A stretch of 63,918 bases of DNA, counting the filler, from Limisphaerales bacterium (GTDB taxonomy: Bacteria > Verrucomicrobiota > Verrucomicrobiia > Limisphaerales > SIBE01): the NCBI GenBank assembly GCA_044225505.1. It is 3 parts of 3 records of this genome, joined end to end, with 100 filler letters (N's around TTAATTAATTAA, not from the genome) between each part and the next. Parts side by side here need not be neighbours in the genome. Positions count along the whole stretch, not along the records: positions 1 to 24,186 come from JBGAIN010000126.1; 2 more parts are not named here. One strand, given 5' to 3'. The translations under genes and the position numbers were made by a program. This document shows positions 8,747-20,700 of the stretch, piece after piece (the first letter of the stretch is position 1; each line of letters starts with the position of its first letter). The notes beneath the pieces were generated by a model. It ran no database searches. It was not told the origin of the DNA and saw only the letters and a list, made by a program, of their open reading frames with translations.

Positions 8747-11700
8747 ATGCGACTTCTTCGCCAATGGTTTTGGGGTGTAGTGTATTGCGGCTGGGCTGCA
8801 CTGGCGTTTATAGAGATGAATGACAGTTCGGCCTTTGCCCAGAGTTTTAACACCACTGTTACTGGGACGACACTGACCGACTATTCCGGGTTTCTCGTTC
8901 AACCCACCCCGACCCCACCCTCTCTCAAAGCACAAACCGCCTACAGAATCGAAAACGTGGGCGGAGTTTCTGTCTCTCGGCTCTTCCGGGTGGGATTCCG
9001 AATTCTCAACGGTAGCGGAGTAGCCGTGCCGCTTACGGGAGCTGCAGACGAATCCGGAACCATCGTATTTAGCAGCCAATTCAATGTCGCATTGGAAGGA
9101 GGCGGGGTGCGAAGCGGGAGCGCGGCCGCCAGTTTGACTCCGGCAGTCAGCCTGGGCAGCGGCGAGCGTTACCAGGTGGAAGCCCAACTCTATGTGCGGC
9201 AAACCGCTTTACCTCTGGTGTTCGAGCCCATTGGAACTTCGGGACTGAGCGACGGCTACCACTTCGAGGTTTTGACCAACCCCGCAGAACCGGCTGAGAG
9301 TGGTGAGCGGATGGTAGGATGGCTGAATGTGGCCGAGTTCAGTCAAGCCTATGCGGTCGTCACCATTCCTGGAAGTGACTCCTTTCACCTGAACGTTCGA
9401 GGGGTTGTGGGCAGATTCGATCACTTGTTCGATCCCGTTTCCGCGACGGCCTACCGCTTGCAATTCGACACCAGCGTCCAAGGCTCGCGTTCCGGGCCTA
9501 TTCACCTGGTGGAATCGCAAGTATCGGTCCCCATTACCTTGGCGAGCCACGCGCCCGATGGCACACCGGCAGCCTTTGGTCTGGATCAAACGATCCATCT
9601 TCGGCCAGCAACCGTCCTGGATTCGACGGACCGCTATGCCGTAACGGTGGTTCTGACGATCGTCGCTCCAGACAACGCGGTTATCACGCGAGCGAGTCAG
9701 ACCTTGACTGGGGTGCAACTACTCCACTTCAACGGGAACCTCTTGTTCGGTTCGATTGTGACCGTCCTTCAGGCCTTCACCGATGCACCTCGCCCACTTG
9801 GAGAAACGGCACTTGGCGAAAAGGTGTCCATCGCCCTGCCAGTCGGTGGGGCAACACTCCTGACCAAACCGACCCACGCACTCGCCGCGACCGCAGGGCT
9901 GGAAGTAGTTCTTGGTTCGGATGGAACGGCTCGGGGGGACGGACCTGTTGCCGTGCAATCAGACGAAACTCACGACGTGGATCGTATCCACGGCATCACG
10001 TTTCGAAGGGAAGGAATCCTTCTGAGCGCCGCCGGCATGAGCGCCAACGTTTGGGTACAGTTTCCGGCCGGTTTCGGCGTCACAACCAGCCGTCGAGCTC
10101 GCCGGCAGCTGGCAGAGTATCCGGCCGGCCAGGTGCCTTTGAATGCGGCGCTCGTTCCACTGGAGAATGTTCGTTTGACACCCTTCCCCGGGACGGCCGC
10201 TCTGTTTGCTGCGCATGAGCGGGTGCCAGTTCTCTTTGAGACCACCTTAATGACCTGGAATGTCGACGAAGGCACTCTGGGCGTTCGGCGAGACGACACG
10301 CATTACACGCGCGCCGAAGAAATTGCGGAGTTAAACCTCGTGCGCGAGACGCTTGCCGATCCCGTGGCGGCCGACCGTCCTTCCAATGAAGCTTATTTTC
10401 TTCACCCAGCCGCCTCGCCGCATGACGACATCCTGATCGGGGCCGATGCCTCAGGGCGCGCCCAACTGCTGGATGTACACGTGGAATTGCCTCCTGGTTC
10501 GTTTACCTCTCATTTTCCCGCGGGCGTGACGGTGGCTTGGAGCGCGTCGGGAGGAGTCGTCTGGAGAAATGACGTGATCGTCGCAGCGGAAAGTTCTCTC
10601 CCGGGAGCCTCGGACGCGAGTTTTGCAGTTTCCCCGCGTTGTCCAGGCGATCTCCCAACGGCAGCCCCGGATGACGAGTTTCCTTTTACTCCGGAAGGCG
10701 CTGTTTGGCAGATTACACCGGACGGCGGATTACACGCTGAGGGCACAATTTCGCCAACGCCCGTTCGATGGGGGGCACAGGCGGGAGCGGCCTTTACCCA
10801 TGCGACCAGCGATTTCACCGAAGCTGGCGCATTGGTCGCTGGCTTCGCCCTGCGCGGCGGCGATGGGACCGCGAGTTCGGACAATCGGGTTGGAGAATTG
10901 CTCCTTTCTGGTCATGGGCGTCCTGGCGAAGCGACTTATCAAGAACGTCCCGGGGCGCCCGAGTATGCCGCGGGGCAAGCGGACTACCCAGGGCTGAATT
11001 TTCGAGTCGGCGCTGACGGGAACGAGACGGGCACGAGTCAACTTGGCGATCAAAAGATCGGACCCTACGCTCTGCGCGGGACGTCCAAGTACTACGCGCG
11101 TGCGGCCGGCATCAGTGGGAGGCACGAAGCTGTCACCGCCTCCTTTGCTCCCTTCGCCGGGGAGCTTTCCTTTTACGGATTTCAGACGGTCTTACGAAAC
11201 CTTCAACTTTCGTTCTTGGACAATCGGTTGGCTGAGTCTCTTGTTACTGGCAGCGTCCAAGTTCCTGGCGTTCGTTCGACCCCCGGTTTCGCCCAACCGT
11301 TCGCCCGCCTGGCTATCGACTGTCAGGGCGCACCAGGAGAGTTGACTTTGCCCGATCCCAACAACTACGAACATTCGCTGGCGTACTGGCGCGCCAGGTT
11401 CCACCCGATCACCGCTGAGTTTCGGGGCAAGCCGAAAGGGGCACCGGCGGCCACGCCGGCTGGGAGCTTGATTTTTGGCGCCGAGGTTCTTTTGCCCGGC
11501 GTTGTGCTGGAGCCGCTCGCGGGCTCGCTTGGGTTCTTCGCGGATGGCCGGTTGGTCACGGCGGCGGACGGATATCCAACCGTGGATTCCCGTCTCAAGC
11601 TGCCTAAACGAGTTAGTCTGCATGGCTACCGCTCCGCGTTCGAACCTACCACCTCTCCCGGATTTACCGTCCATCCTGTGTCCAAACTTTACTTTAACAA

Positions 11701-14230
11701 CCCAGCACCCGCCGATGCGCCAGCCGACGGCTTCGTGGCCTTTGCCGGAACGGTGGATGTCCCGTTCTTCGAAGACTTGAAGGTCCACGTTTTAGCCCGG
11801 GCAACGAGCGGGCAAACAGCGATTCGCGGAGGATGGTCAACCGGCCCCGACACTTTCTTTAGCAACGCCCAGTTCGATCCCGCGAATCGAGGCTTCCCCC
11901 CTGGGATCGATCTCGACACTTATCAGAATGCGGCCGAACCGGACACGGTCGTAGGGCCGGGACATCCACAGAATCCTTACAACCCACGTGCGCATCAGAC
12001 CTGGTTCGGGTTTGTCGATTTTGACCTGCCCGTCACTTGGGATTCTCTGCGACGCAAGTTTGTTTCGAGCGCTCCCGAGGAACGCGACTTTCTCGTGCTC
12101 AATTCACAGCGCGTTCTGTCGGGACTGACGCCGTCGGGCGCGGATTTACGCTTTGGCCTGGCTTTCCCGGGACTGCCGCGGATCAATCTGGCCGAAATGG
12201 TGATCGATGAGAAGGAAGCGACTGGGCAACTGATGCAACACGTGCCAGGCGGATCCGACGTGGTGGCCGCGATCGAAGCCCTGGATCGGCTGCTGGCAAG
12301 TCAAAGCCGCGATTTAGTCAAAGAGGCCGTGACCAACGCCCTGGACCGATTTGTGGTTACTCTCTTCCAGAAACTCGATCAGGCCCCCCGTGTCGACGCC
12401 GCCGCGGATATCGTAAAGCGCCTTGACTCCGAGCGAGACGCACTCTTGGCCGCCCTGCAAGAGCAACTCCGCAACATCACAGGTCCAGCGAGCGGCACGG
12501 CCGGTTTGATGAAACAGTTTAAGGAGAGTCTCGACAAGGTCGTCGCCGGACTCGACGCCGCGGATCAGATTCTGAAGAAAGATCCGGCCACCGGCAAACG
12601 GGGGAAATTCCTCGATGTGACAACGGGCATCGGCGGATTGGACGCGCAAACAGCCCGGGTCCGTGAACGCTTGGATGAGCTGATTAATCAGGAATTGCGA
12701 GAACCACTCGACGAAGTCCAGCGCACCGTGGATTTTGCGCGGAGCCTCGTGACGCAAGTTCGGTCAGAACTGGGTCCAATTCAACAGGCACTGGATACAG
12801 CGATGGCGGCCGTTAACACACCAACGAGCCCGGACGGTCTTCCCGCCCAGGCATTGAATGGATTCAAGAAATACTTTGAAGACGCCTACGATCCAAGCGG
12901 CAGTTACCGGACTGATGCCGGAGAGACCCGCTTGATCCATGACCTGCGCCGCATCGGGCTGGATGCCATTCAGGAATCTGGGTTTGTCTCAGAGCTCCAA
13001 GGCACGGTACGTAATACGGCGGAACCGCTCCGCCACGAGTATGTCGCGGCCTTCAACCGGATCACTGGGACGGTCAACGAGGTCTTGCGGTCCGCCTTTG
13101 CTGAACTCGGCAACGAGCTGGCCGAAAAGATCAACGGACCCCTGGGGACCGCAAATCGAGCGATCGGCGTCTTCCGAGACACTCTGCAACTCTCCCAAAT
13201 TGACGGCCACGCCCATATTGAGGGCGATTCCTTGATCACGGCTCACATCAACGCCCAGGTCGGCATGCGCATGCCTGACCTTCTCAAGCTCCAGGGAAGC
13301 CTCGATTTCGAACGACTGCGCCAAGACGCGCTGCCGAGCGGGTGCATGAGCGGAATACCCGACGGTCGCATGAAGATCACCCTGGCCACCGACGGCATTG
13401 GCAGTTTGGCTGGAAACGGACCTGCCCATATCAAGTCGAGCGGCAGCTATCTGCTGGCGGCGGACCAGACGCCCCTCGGAGTTCGGGGGCGTCTTGACAT
13501 CGACAATGATCTCCACTTGGACGTCATTACGCTGAAGCACGCCGAGTTTGCTTACGCCTTTGGTAAGTGGGACAATTATCTCCTGGCCAAAGGCACGGGA
13601 ACAATTCTGTTTGTCGACGGCGAGGCGGCCGCTTTCCTGGGGCGGACATGTGACCCAGAGGTGCTCAAACAGGTCGACCCTCTTTTCGAACAGCTGTTAC
13701 CTGTCATTGGCCTGCCCAAGCTCGACGCCGACCACCCGGTGACCGGATTCTATTTTCGGCGAACGGGCGAACTCCCCTTGAACAAGTTGCTAGGCATTCC
13801 GGATGACCTGCTCAAGTTACGAGGCAAAGGCGGAGATGGGGTCTTTGCCTTCTCGACGGAAGACACCAATTTCCTGCTCTACGGCCTCCGGTCGCGCTAC
13901 GGGATCAACGTCGCCATCGGACCGGCGTCGGCTGACGCCGAAGTCAATGTGCTCGGGGCGCTTAATCTGGCCTCGCCGCTCCGATTGCTGAAGACCGAAG
14001 GTCTGCCGGAGATCGCCCATTCGCTCTTTGACGATACTGGGTTGCTACAAGGATCACTCACTGGCACGTTCAAAGCCAGTTTCAATGTCGACGTGCTTGG
14101 CGCAAAAGTCGGTAAGGAAAAGGAGTTCCGATTCCAGGCCCAAGGCGGCTACACGCCACCGCTCCCGCCAGCCTTCGTCTTTCCGCCGCCACCTGGGTTC
14201 TTCATGGTGCGAAGCCTCCATTTCGACTGA
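8747..14230 (+). CDS. Giant secreted protein of unknown function (1827 aa; beta-rich N- and C-terminal parts around a ~330-aa helical segment)
   Basis: Long ORF, signal-like N-terminus ending AFA; TGATG overlap with the next gene. Confidence 0.85.
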   Translation: MRLLRQWFWGVVYCGWAALAFIEMNDSSAFAQSFNTTVTGTTLTDYSGFLVQPTPTPPSLKAQTAYRIENVGGVSVSRLFRVGFRILNGSGVAVPLTGAADESGTIVFSSQFNVALEGGGVRSGSAAASLTPAVSLGSGERYQVEAQLYVRQTALPLVFEPIGTSGLSDGYHFEVLTNPAEPAESGERMVGWLNVAEFSQAYAVVTIPGSDSFHLNVRGVVGRFDHLFDPVSATAYRLQFDTSVQGSRSGPIHLVESQVSVPITLASHAPDGTPAAFGLDQTIHLRPATVLDSTDRYAVTVVLTIVAPDNAVITRASQTLTGVQLLHFNGNLLFGSIVTVLQAFTDAPRPLGETALGEKVSIALPVGGATLLTKPTHALAATAGLEVVLGSDGTARGDGPVAVQSDETHDVDRIHGITFRREGILLSAAGMSANVWVQFPAGFGVTTSRRARRQLAEYPAGQVPLNAALVPLENVRLTPFPGTAALFAAHERVPVLFETTLMTWNVDEGTLGVRRDDTHYTRAEEIAELNLVRETLADPVAADRPSNEAYFLHPAASPHDDILIGADASGRAQLLDVHVELPPGSFTSHFPAGVTVAWSASGGVVWRNDVIVAAESSLPGASDASFAVSPRCPGDLPTAAPDDEFPFTPEGAVWQITPDGGLHAEGTISPTPVRWGAQAGAAFTHATSDFTEAGALVAGFALRGGDGTASSDNRVGELLLSGHGRPGEATYQERPGAPEYAAGQADYPGLNFRVGADGNETGTSQLGDQKIGPYALRGTSKYYARAAGISGRHEAVTASFAPFAGELSFYGFQTVLRNLQLSFLDNRLAESLVTGSVQVPGVRSTPGFAQPFARLAIDCQGAPGELTLPDPNNYEHSLAYWRARFHPITAEFRGKPKGAPAATPAGSLIFGAEVLLPGVVLEPLAGSLGFFADGRLVTAADGYPTVDSRLKLPKRVSLHGYRSAFEPTTSPGFTVHPVSKLYFNNPAPADAPADGFVAFAGTVDVPFFEDLKVHVLARATSGQTAIRGGWSTGPDTFFSNAQFDPANRGFPPGIDLDTYQNAAEPDTVVGPGHPQNPYNPRAHQTWFGFVDFDLPVTWDSLRRKFVSSAPEERDFLVLNSQRVLSGLTPSGADLRFGLAFPGLPRINLAEMVIDEKEATGQLMQHVPGGSDVVAAIEALDRLLASQSRDLVKEAVTNALDRFVVTLFQKLDQAPRVDAAADIVKRLDSERDALLAALQEQLRNITGPASGTAGLMKQFKESLDKVVAGLDAADQILKKDPATGKRGKFLDVTTGIGGLDAQTARVRERLDELINQELREPLDEVQRTVDFARSLVTQVRSELGPIQQALDTAMAAVNTPTSPDGLPAQALNGFKKYFEDAYDPSGSYRTDAGETRLIHDLRRIGLDAIQESGFVSELQGTVRNTAEPLRHEYVAAFNRITGTVNEVLRSAFAELGNELAEKINGPLGTANRAIGVFRDTLQLSQIDGHAHIEGDSLITAHINAQVGMRMPDLLKLQGSLDFERLRQDALPSGCMSGIPDGRMKITLATDGIGSLAGNGPAHIKSSGSYLLAADQTPLGVRGRLDIDNDLHLDVITLKHAEFAYAFGKWDNYLLAKGTGTILFVDGEAAAFLGRTCDPEVLKQVDPLFEQLLPVIGLPKLDADHPVTGFYFRRTGELPLNKLLGIPDDLLKLRGKGGDGVFAFSTEDTNFLLYGLRSRYGINVAIGPASADAEVNVLGALNLASPLRLLKTEGLPEIAHSLFDDTGLLQGSLTGTFKASFNVDVLGAKVGKEKEFRFQAQGGYTPPLPPAFVFPPPPGFFMVRSLHFD

Positions 14231-17200
14231 TGAAGCATTCAATCCATATTAGGGTCAGGTGGCGCATGTTTCTGCTGACACTCGGCCTCTTTGGAGTATT
14301 AGCTCAACCAAGTCTGGCCGACACTGCGATACCGCCGATGGTCGTTGTCTCCGGGACCACCGGCGTTGACACCACAGGTCAAGTCTGGGCCTACCTCACG
14401 TTGAGCGAGAACCAATCCGGCCTTCTCACCGGGCGGCGTCTGGTCGTTTACGCCAAAGCTGGCTTACCTGACGCTCCCGGGACGTTTACGCGTCGCGGCG
14501 TCGTTTCTGCGACCAGCGATCCCAAGGTCGTCGAGGTGCTCTTGCACCGGGCCGCTCTCCTTGGCGATGACCTTGCCCAGCTCAACCAGCAACTCGTTGG
14601 ACTGCACCGCCTGACGCTCAATCGCTACGATAGTAGAACGGCCACAACCTCAGAGCCTCCCTCCATGACCCTGTCCGACCGACTGGCCGCCTTGCTCCAC
14701 CGGGCGCAGACAGATATGGCGCTCGGGCAAATGATCGACCTGCTTGGAGTTACCCACCCGAGCGTCCGGCAAACGCGCGGGACGGCCTGGCTGGGACCGT
14801 TGGATAGCCCACTCGGCAGTCCTGCGACTTTTGAAGTGCGCGAAGAGGACGGCGGCGGTTTAGCCCCGGCCGTCATTGGCCGAGTCACTCTCCGGGCGGG
14901 CCAAATGGATCCCCTTCCCGCGCCAACTCCACTCGTCATCGTCCCCGACGAAACGGTGACTGGTGATCTCACGGTGAAACTGCGCTGGGCATCCCCGCCC
15001 GAACTGCGACGCGCCGGGTCGCAGAATGCCGGCGTGGTGCTGTGGAGAGTGTCGAAGAATTTTGCCGCAACTCTGGGGTTTCCTCCCAGTCTCCCGACAA
15101 GCACCTTGCTCACGACCTTGGCCAAGTCAAATCCCGACCAAGTCAAGCGCGTCGCGGGACCCGTCTCACCTCGGAAATTGTTCGACGCAGCGAACGTCGG
15201 AGACTTTACCGCCGATGCGACGACTTACTTTTTTGCCGATGACAATCAGCGATATGAAGCAGGAGGTGAATCCTTGGCCGATGGCTCGGAATACTATTAC
15301 TTTGCCGCCGCTCTGGATTCCTTGGGCCGGCCTGGGATCGTGACGGCCAGTCCTCTGGCGATGCTTTGCCGGCGACTGCCACCGCCCGTCCCGAGCCATG
15401 TGATCGTTGCCAACGCCTGGACGAAGCCCACCGGGCAACAACTGGTCGTTAGTTGGGACCGGCCGTCGGCAAGTGAAACGATCTCTGCATCCCGCTACGA
15501 AGTGTTTCGCGGGTTTGATCTTGGGGCGCATGCCGCGGCTCAACGCGGCGACCTTGATCTATCGGCCTTGCCTGCCGCCCTTGTTCGCACCGGCGCGATA
15601 CAGCGAGTCGGCGTGGTTGAAGATTCCGACGGCCCGGTCGGGGGTACGCTCCGATGGGCGGACGGCACGCTCGATCCGGGACCTTCGAACACCGGCAAGA
15701 CCTGGTGGTACTCAGTCCGAGCCGTGAGAGTCGCTCCCAATGCGTGTTCGGCGGTCGCGTCCTCGCTGAGCCCGCCGGCTTTCGGTACCCTCCAAGCGCA
15801 GCGAGGACCCGAAGCGCCTCCGCCGGAATCAATCGGAAAGGCGGTGGTGCGGGAGTGCCTGCGTGTTGCGTGCAGCACGGCTGCAGCCGCCTCCGCCGTC
15901 GTGTCACCCGAGCCTCTCGACGCTACCTCTTTCCATTTCCAAGTGAACTGTTCCCGGCGTGGTCGTGGCCTGAGCGAAGCACGCTTCCGAGTTACTGTCG
16001 CGAGCACTGGCGAGGAGATCGTCCCGGAGACGGGCGTCGTGTTTCCAACGGACGAGGAGACAGTGGTTTTGGAATTCGAGCGTCCGCGGTCGAAGAGCGC
16101 CGAGATCCTGGACGTGCAATGCCGCGCTCAAGCGATTACAGGAGCGTTCAGCCGATGGGCCCACTCGCGCGGCGGGGCTGTCGACCCGGCAGGGAATCAT
16201 CTCGTCCTTCATGAATTCCTCGCGGGAGCTATTTCTGAGGCCGAACGGCAAGCCTTACCCGCCGATCCGTTGTGGTCCACCTTGAGCGCGCCGGTCGTTG
16301 GCGAATGCGCCGAAAACGAGCATCTCGCTTACGCACTCGACAGTGGCCGCATCTTTCACCCGCAGCTTCGGATAACACTTACCCCGGGGACAGAACAGTA
16401 TCGCATTTACCGACGTATTGACGATGGCCCGCTCACCCTGATCAATCAGGGCAAAGCTGCCTACCTCGGTCCCGGGACTAGCATCGTGCGCTCAGATGAC
16501 GCTTCGCCCCCTTCCAATGGTCGTGTGGGCTATTTTGTCCAACTCCTCGATGAGAGCGGGAATGCAAGTCCCATGCGACAATTAGGGAACTATCGGTTCA
16601 CCGGCGACAAACCGCCCACGCCGATGCTTGCCCAACCGCAGGCGGCGGATATGACCGGATCTTTGGAGGCACCTGGGGTTCATCTGAGCTGGTTCTGTCC
16701 GTCTGAACACGTTGACCGCTTTGAGGTTTTTGTTTACACCAAGCAGATTAAGCCAGCGGGCGCCGCGCCAGAACTGACATCGCATGCTCTCTCCCTTGCC
16801 TCCGCGGGCTCCGTCAGAGTCTTTAAGCTCTCGGATCGCCAGGAGAAACTGGATCAATCGATTGTCCGAGTGGAACGGAGCTTTTTGACTGGGCGCGTGG
16901 GCGGAGAACTCGGTCAAGGCCCTCGGTTTTCTCTTTCTCTGGATGTTCGCAGCGAACTGGCTTACACGATCTGGTTACGCGCGTTAGGTCCAAACGGCGA
17001 AGTCGGCGACTTTAGCCAAAGCGTCAAGTTCAAATGGGTCGCCACGCCCGGCCTGCCTGCCGAGATCGCCTGGCCAGCGCGGCCCCTGCCCGCTGTCGGA
17101 GCCTTTCACTCTGGAATCATCGCCGTCGACCTTGGCGATCTTCCGGACCAACGGGTGCTTTGGACTTTTATCGGCAACACGCCTGTGTTCTCTCTGAATC

Positions 17201-17706
17201 GCGACGAGACACCCGTTGGCATCCGCGTAGGAGCCATCCCCTTGCAAGGAGGCGAGAATTTCTTTTTTGGTAGTCGCCACGTTGCCTTCGGAGCCGGACC
17301 GAACTCAGCATCTTTCGGCCTTCACGATCCAAACACCCAAGTCTACCCAAACGCCGCAGCCCCCAAGGAAAACCTTCTGCCGTGTGTTCTCTACCGCCAA
17401 CAAGTCACCAATGAACTCTTTGCCGCGGTAAGTGGTGACCTGGTGCAATGCTCGCCTCTCATCCGGAGAATTGCCTGGGCGCATCCCGACAACGTGGCGA
17501 CGGCTGCCGAGCTTGTCGATCCGTTCTTCCGCTGGGTCGGCGCCGGACCGAATGATTTTCCGCGCGTATTGGAACTCTATCTCGTCGACACCCAACCCGT
17601 CGTGACCGGGGCTCGCTATCGCTACTGGCTGACTCGCTTCGATCCGACTGGGGAGCCGATTCAGACTATACCTTGCGGAGAAGTGACCATCCGTGCGGAA
17701 AAGTGA
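14230..17706 (+). CDS. Secreted protein with multiple fibronectin type III-like domains (1158 aa)
   Basis: Signal peptide ending SLA; Fn3-like strands VKLRW, LVVSW..RYEVFRG, YRIYRR, VHLSW, YTIWLRALG. Confidence 0.8.
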   Translation: MKHSIHIRVRWRMFLLTLGLFGVLAQPSLADTAIPPMVVVSGTTGVDTTGQVWAYLTLSENQSGLLTGRRLVVYAKAGLPDAPGTFTRRGVVSATSDPKVVEVLLHRAALLGDDLAQLNQQLVGLHRLTLNRYDSRTATTSEPPSMTLSDRLAALLHRAQTDMALGQMIDLLGVTHPSVRQTRGTAWLGPLDSPLGSPATFEVREEDGGGLAPAVIGRVTLRAGQMDPLPAPTPLVIVPDETVTGDLTVKLRWASPPELRRAGSQNAGVVLWRVSKNFAATLGFPPSLPTSTLLTTLAKSNPDQVKRVAGPVSPRKLFDAANVGDFTADATTYFFADDNQRYEAGGESLADGSEYYYFAAALDSLGRPGIVTASPLAMLCRRLPPPVPSHVIVANAWTKPTGQQLVVSWDRPSASETISASRYEVFRGFDLGAHAAAQRGDLDLSALPAALVRTGAIQRVGVVEDSDGPVGGTLRWADGTLDPGPSNTGKTWWYSVRAVRVAPNACSAVASSLSPPAFGTLQAQRGPEAPPPESIGKAVVRECLRVACSTAAAASAVVSPEPLDATSFHFQVNCSRRGRGLSEARFRVTVASTGEEIVPETGVVFPTDEETVVLEFERPRSKSAEILDVQCRAQAITGAFSRWAHSRGGAVDPAGNHLVLHEFLAGAISEAERQALPADPLWSTLSAPVVGECAENEHLAYALDSGRIFHPQLRITLTPGTEQYRIYRRIDDGPLTLINQGKAAYLGPGTSIVRSDDASPPSNGRVGYFVQLLDESGNASPMRQLGNYRFTGDKPPTPMLAQPQAADMTGSLEAPGVHLSWFCPSEHVDRFEVFVYTKQIKPAGAAPELTSHALSLASAGSVRVFKLSDRQEKLDQSIVRVERSFLTGRVGGELGQGPRFSLSLDVRSELAYTIWLRALGPNGEVGDFSQSVKFKWVATPGLPAEIAWPARPLPAVGAFHSGIIAVDLGDLPDQRVLWTFIGNTPVFSLNRDETPVGIRVGAIPLQGGENFFFGSRHVAFGAGPNSASFGLHDPNTQVYPNAAAPKENLLPCVLYRQQVTNELFAAVSGDLVQCSPLIRRIAWAHPDNVATAAELVDPFFRWVGAGPNDFPRVLELYLVDTQPVVTGARYRYWLTRFDPTGEPIQTIPCGEVTIRAEK

Positions 17707-20700
17707 AAACGATTGTTCTCATCTGTGGGTTGATCTGGGCGGCCAGCCCAACAGTGGGTTGGGCAGCCGGCGTTACCGAGGAGTCAGAGTCGGAGCTAAG
17801 CGCCACGCTGGACGCGGATGGCGATGGAATGCTGGATGTCTTGCTCCTGGACCGAGCGACAGGAATTCGGCGGGTGGGAATTCAACAATCCGACGGAGCA
17901 TTCGCCTGGCTGACGCCCGAAGCCACCGGATTGAATCGCCTGAGTGCCCTGAGTTCGGGACATTTTTCAACTGCGAGTCCCGCAGAGGGTTTTGCGCTCG
18001 CCGCGGCCGATTGGAATCGAGTGCTGGTCTTCGAGAAGGCCACGGGTCCCGGCGTGCCCGTCCCAGTGCCGGGTTTAGGCCCTTCTCTAACGGTCGCCTT
18101 GGACCTAAACGGCGCCGCCGCTCTCGATGACTTGGCCGTCGGCACCTCCTGGAACAACCCCCCTGAATTCATGCGTTTGGCAGCCGTGGTTTGGGATGGC
18201 ACGGCAGGGAAACTCCGCGACCAACTCGCCGGGCCAGGGTCGCTATCTCAAGGCAACCGCCTTCGCTTCAAGACGGGGCGACCCTTCGCGATGGGCGCAA
18301 TTCGCCAAAACGACACCGCGAGCGATTTCGCGACTTGGTATTCAGGGGACGGGGCACTCCTCTCCGGCCCGGTCGTGCCAGACTTGCCCATTCACGCTTC
18401 CTGGGCTTGGGGTGAGTTTGGGCCAAGCCATCAAAATGTCCTGCTTATTTACGAGCCTGGCCGCCAGACAATCTCGACATACCGGCCGGACGAAGACGGG
18501 GCCGGAGCATTCCGACTAACACCACTGAACACTTTCAGTCTTGAGAAACCGATTGACCACATCACCGTGGTCCCCGACGCCTCCGGAGCGCTCCTCGTCC
18601 TGATCTTGGATGGCGGCTCCTCGGTCGAAACCTACGATTTTGCCGGAGACACCGCCCCGGTCCTGCGGCAAAGGTTACCGTCTTCAGAACTGCGGTTTTC
18701 GTTGGTAGCCGGACTAGGCAACGGGAATTTTCTCCTGCTCCAAGGTCCTTTCGAAAAAGGGTCGCCCAGCAGCGCTTGGCAAAGGTGGGATTCGGCTGGA
18801 AAGGAACACCAACAACGGATGAGCGGGCAATTGCCGTCGCTCTCCCTGGCGCAAGCTCGCGGCAACGTGTTAATTTTTTCGAGTGACCCAGCGGCCACTG
18901 CTTCGCCTTCTATTGTCCGCGTGCTTCACGCAGGCGAATGGAGCACTCGTGCCGATTTGGGCCCCAACACTCTCAGCGTTGTAAGCGAGGGATTCCGCAG
19001 CTCGACGTCCGGTTTAGGTCATCCCACCACCTACAGTCTCACGCCCCGCCCCGGCGAGCGATACGCCGCCGTGAATCAGACGGCCGCCACTGAAAGCATT
19101 GCGATTCTTCAAGCGCCCACGGACCAACCGGCCACTGACATCACCTTTGATCCGCCTGGCGGTGCTTACGCGCTGAAGGATTCCCCGCTCGAGGTTCATA
19201 TCCGGACCCCATCGGAGGCTCCCATCTTCTTTCGGACGAACAGCGCGTCCACTTGGCTGGCTTACAACTCCTCCCGCCCCGTGCGTCTGCGCCAGACAAC
19301 GACTTTGGCCGCCTACGTCCAAGAAAGTTCACCCAGTCCAATTTATACCGCCACGTTTTTCATCGCCCCAGCCGCGGCGATCGCCGTGCCGCAAGCAGCC
19401 GATCTGAACGGCGATGGGGTTTCCGACGCCTGGGCCGACGCCTTTGGTGCGAACGATCCGGCAAGTGATCCGGACAGGGATGGGGCATCGAATCGCGACG
19501 AATACCTGGCCGGAACCGATCCGCTCGATCCAAAATCAAGTCCTTCGGCAGAACCACTTGAGGCCCACCTGAGGGTCCGCGCCCCCGCCATTGATGCCCC
19601 TCCAGGCACAGTCTGCGAAATCTTGTGGCCGGCGAATCTGGTCGGCGACGTCTTGGAAGCCGCGCCCGATCTTGGACCCATCGCAGTTTGGCGAGAAGTC
19701 CCTGGGCCGATCCTTGTGGAAGGCGATGAACGAGTCTATGCCCACCTATCTGAAGCGGCGGCAACCCGTCAGTTCTTTCGCCTCCGCTTGCGGGAGGGAG
19801 CCACCTCTGGATCCTCTCGACAGTTCGATATTCAATTCGACAATGTGCCCGGCGAGATTTACCAGAATCGCCCGACCCAAATGAGCGTCCAGGTGGCCAA
19901 CCACGGCCGACCCGCTCCCACAAATACCCGGCTTCACTGGGACCTACCCGGCGGAACGGACCTGTTAGATGTCCACTCCACGGTTGGCAGTGTTCATACC
20001 AATTCCGGAGGCGTGACCCTGGACTTGGAGAATCTCCCCCTCAACGCCAACGCCGTGCTCACCATCACTCTTCGTCCCACCCAAACGAATCGATGGGATC
20101 AGCCTTTCACACTCACGTCGTCAGCCAATGGGCTCCCCTTCACTGAAACCGCTTACCTTACCAACGTCGACGTTCGGCCGCCCCCGCCTCTGCCAGCCAC
20201 CGGCAGTTTGTGGTCCGGAGATTTGGACACACGCGATGTCATTCGTGGCTTTCAGGGAAACTTCGTTGGCTCCGAAAACTATGTCGTTGGGAAAATCGGC
20301 ATGGCGTTTCAGCTAAATGGGCAGAGGATCGCCATTCCGGATACGGCCCCCTTTCGTGCGGCTAACGGAAGCTTTACCATTGCCGCTTGGGTGCGCTTTG
20401 CCGGGACCTCGGCCGGCGCCAATCAGCAGGCGATTTTCGCGATGCCTAGCCCCAATCCCGACTATCCAGCTTACACCTTGGATTACAACTCGCAGCTTCT
20501 GGCCGTTCGTCTCTACGCGAATGGATCAACCGTCAGCGAAGGCGTTCCTTGGCAGCCACCGGCGCAGACTTGGCATCATGTGGCCGGAACGTTTGACGGT
20601 GAAACGATCGCCCTTTACATCGATGGCGAAGAAATGTTGCGCAAGATGGTCCGCGTTCCGAGCGGCGGAGTGACTTTCTCGACCGACCAGTCGGCATCGA

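Noticed and set aside
8241..8801. 186-aa minus-strand ORF and a short GACCAAGG direct repeat upstream of the giant operon
   Set aside because: The ORF overlaps two better-supported plus-strand genes; an 8-bp repeat is too short to distinguish from chance
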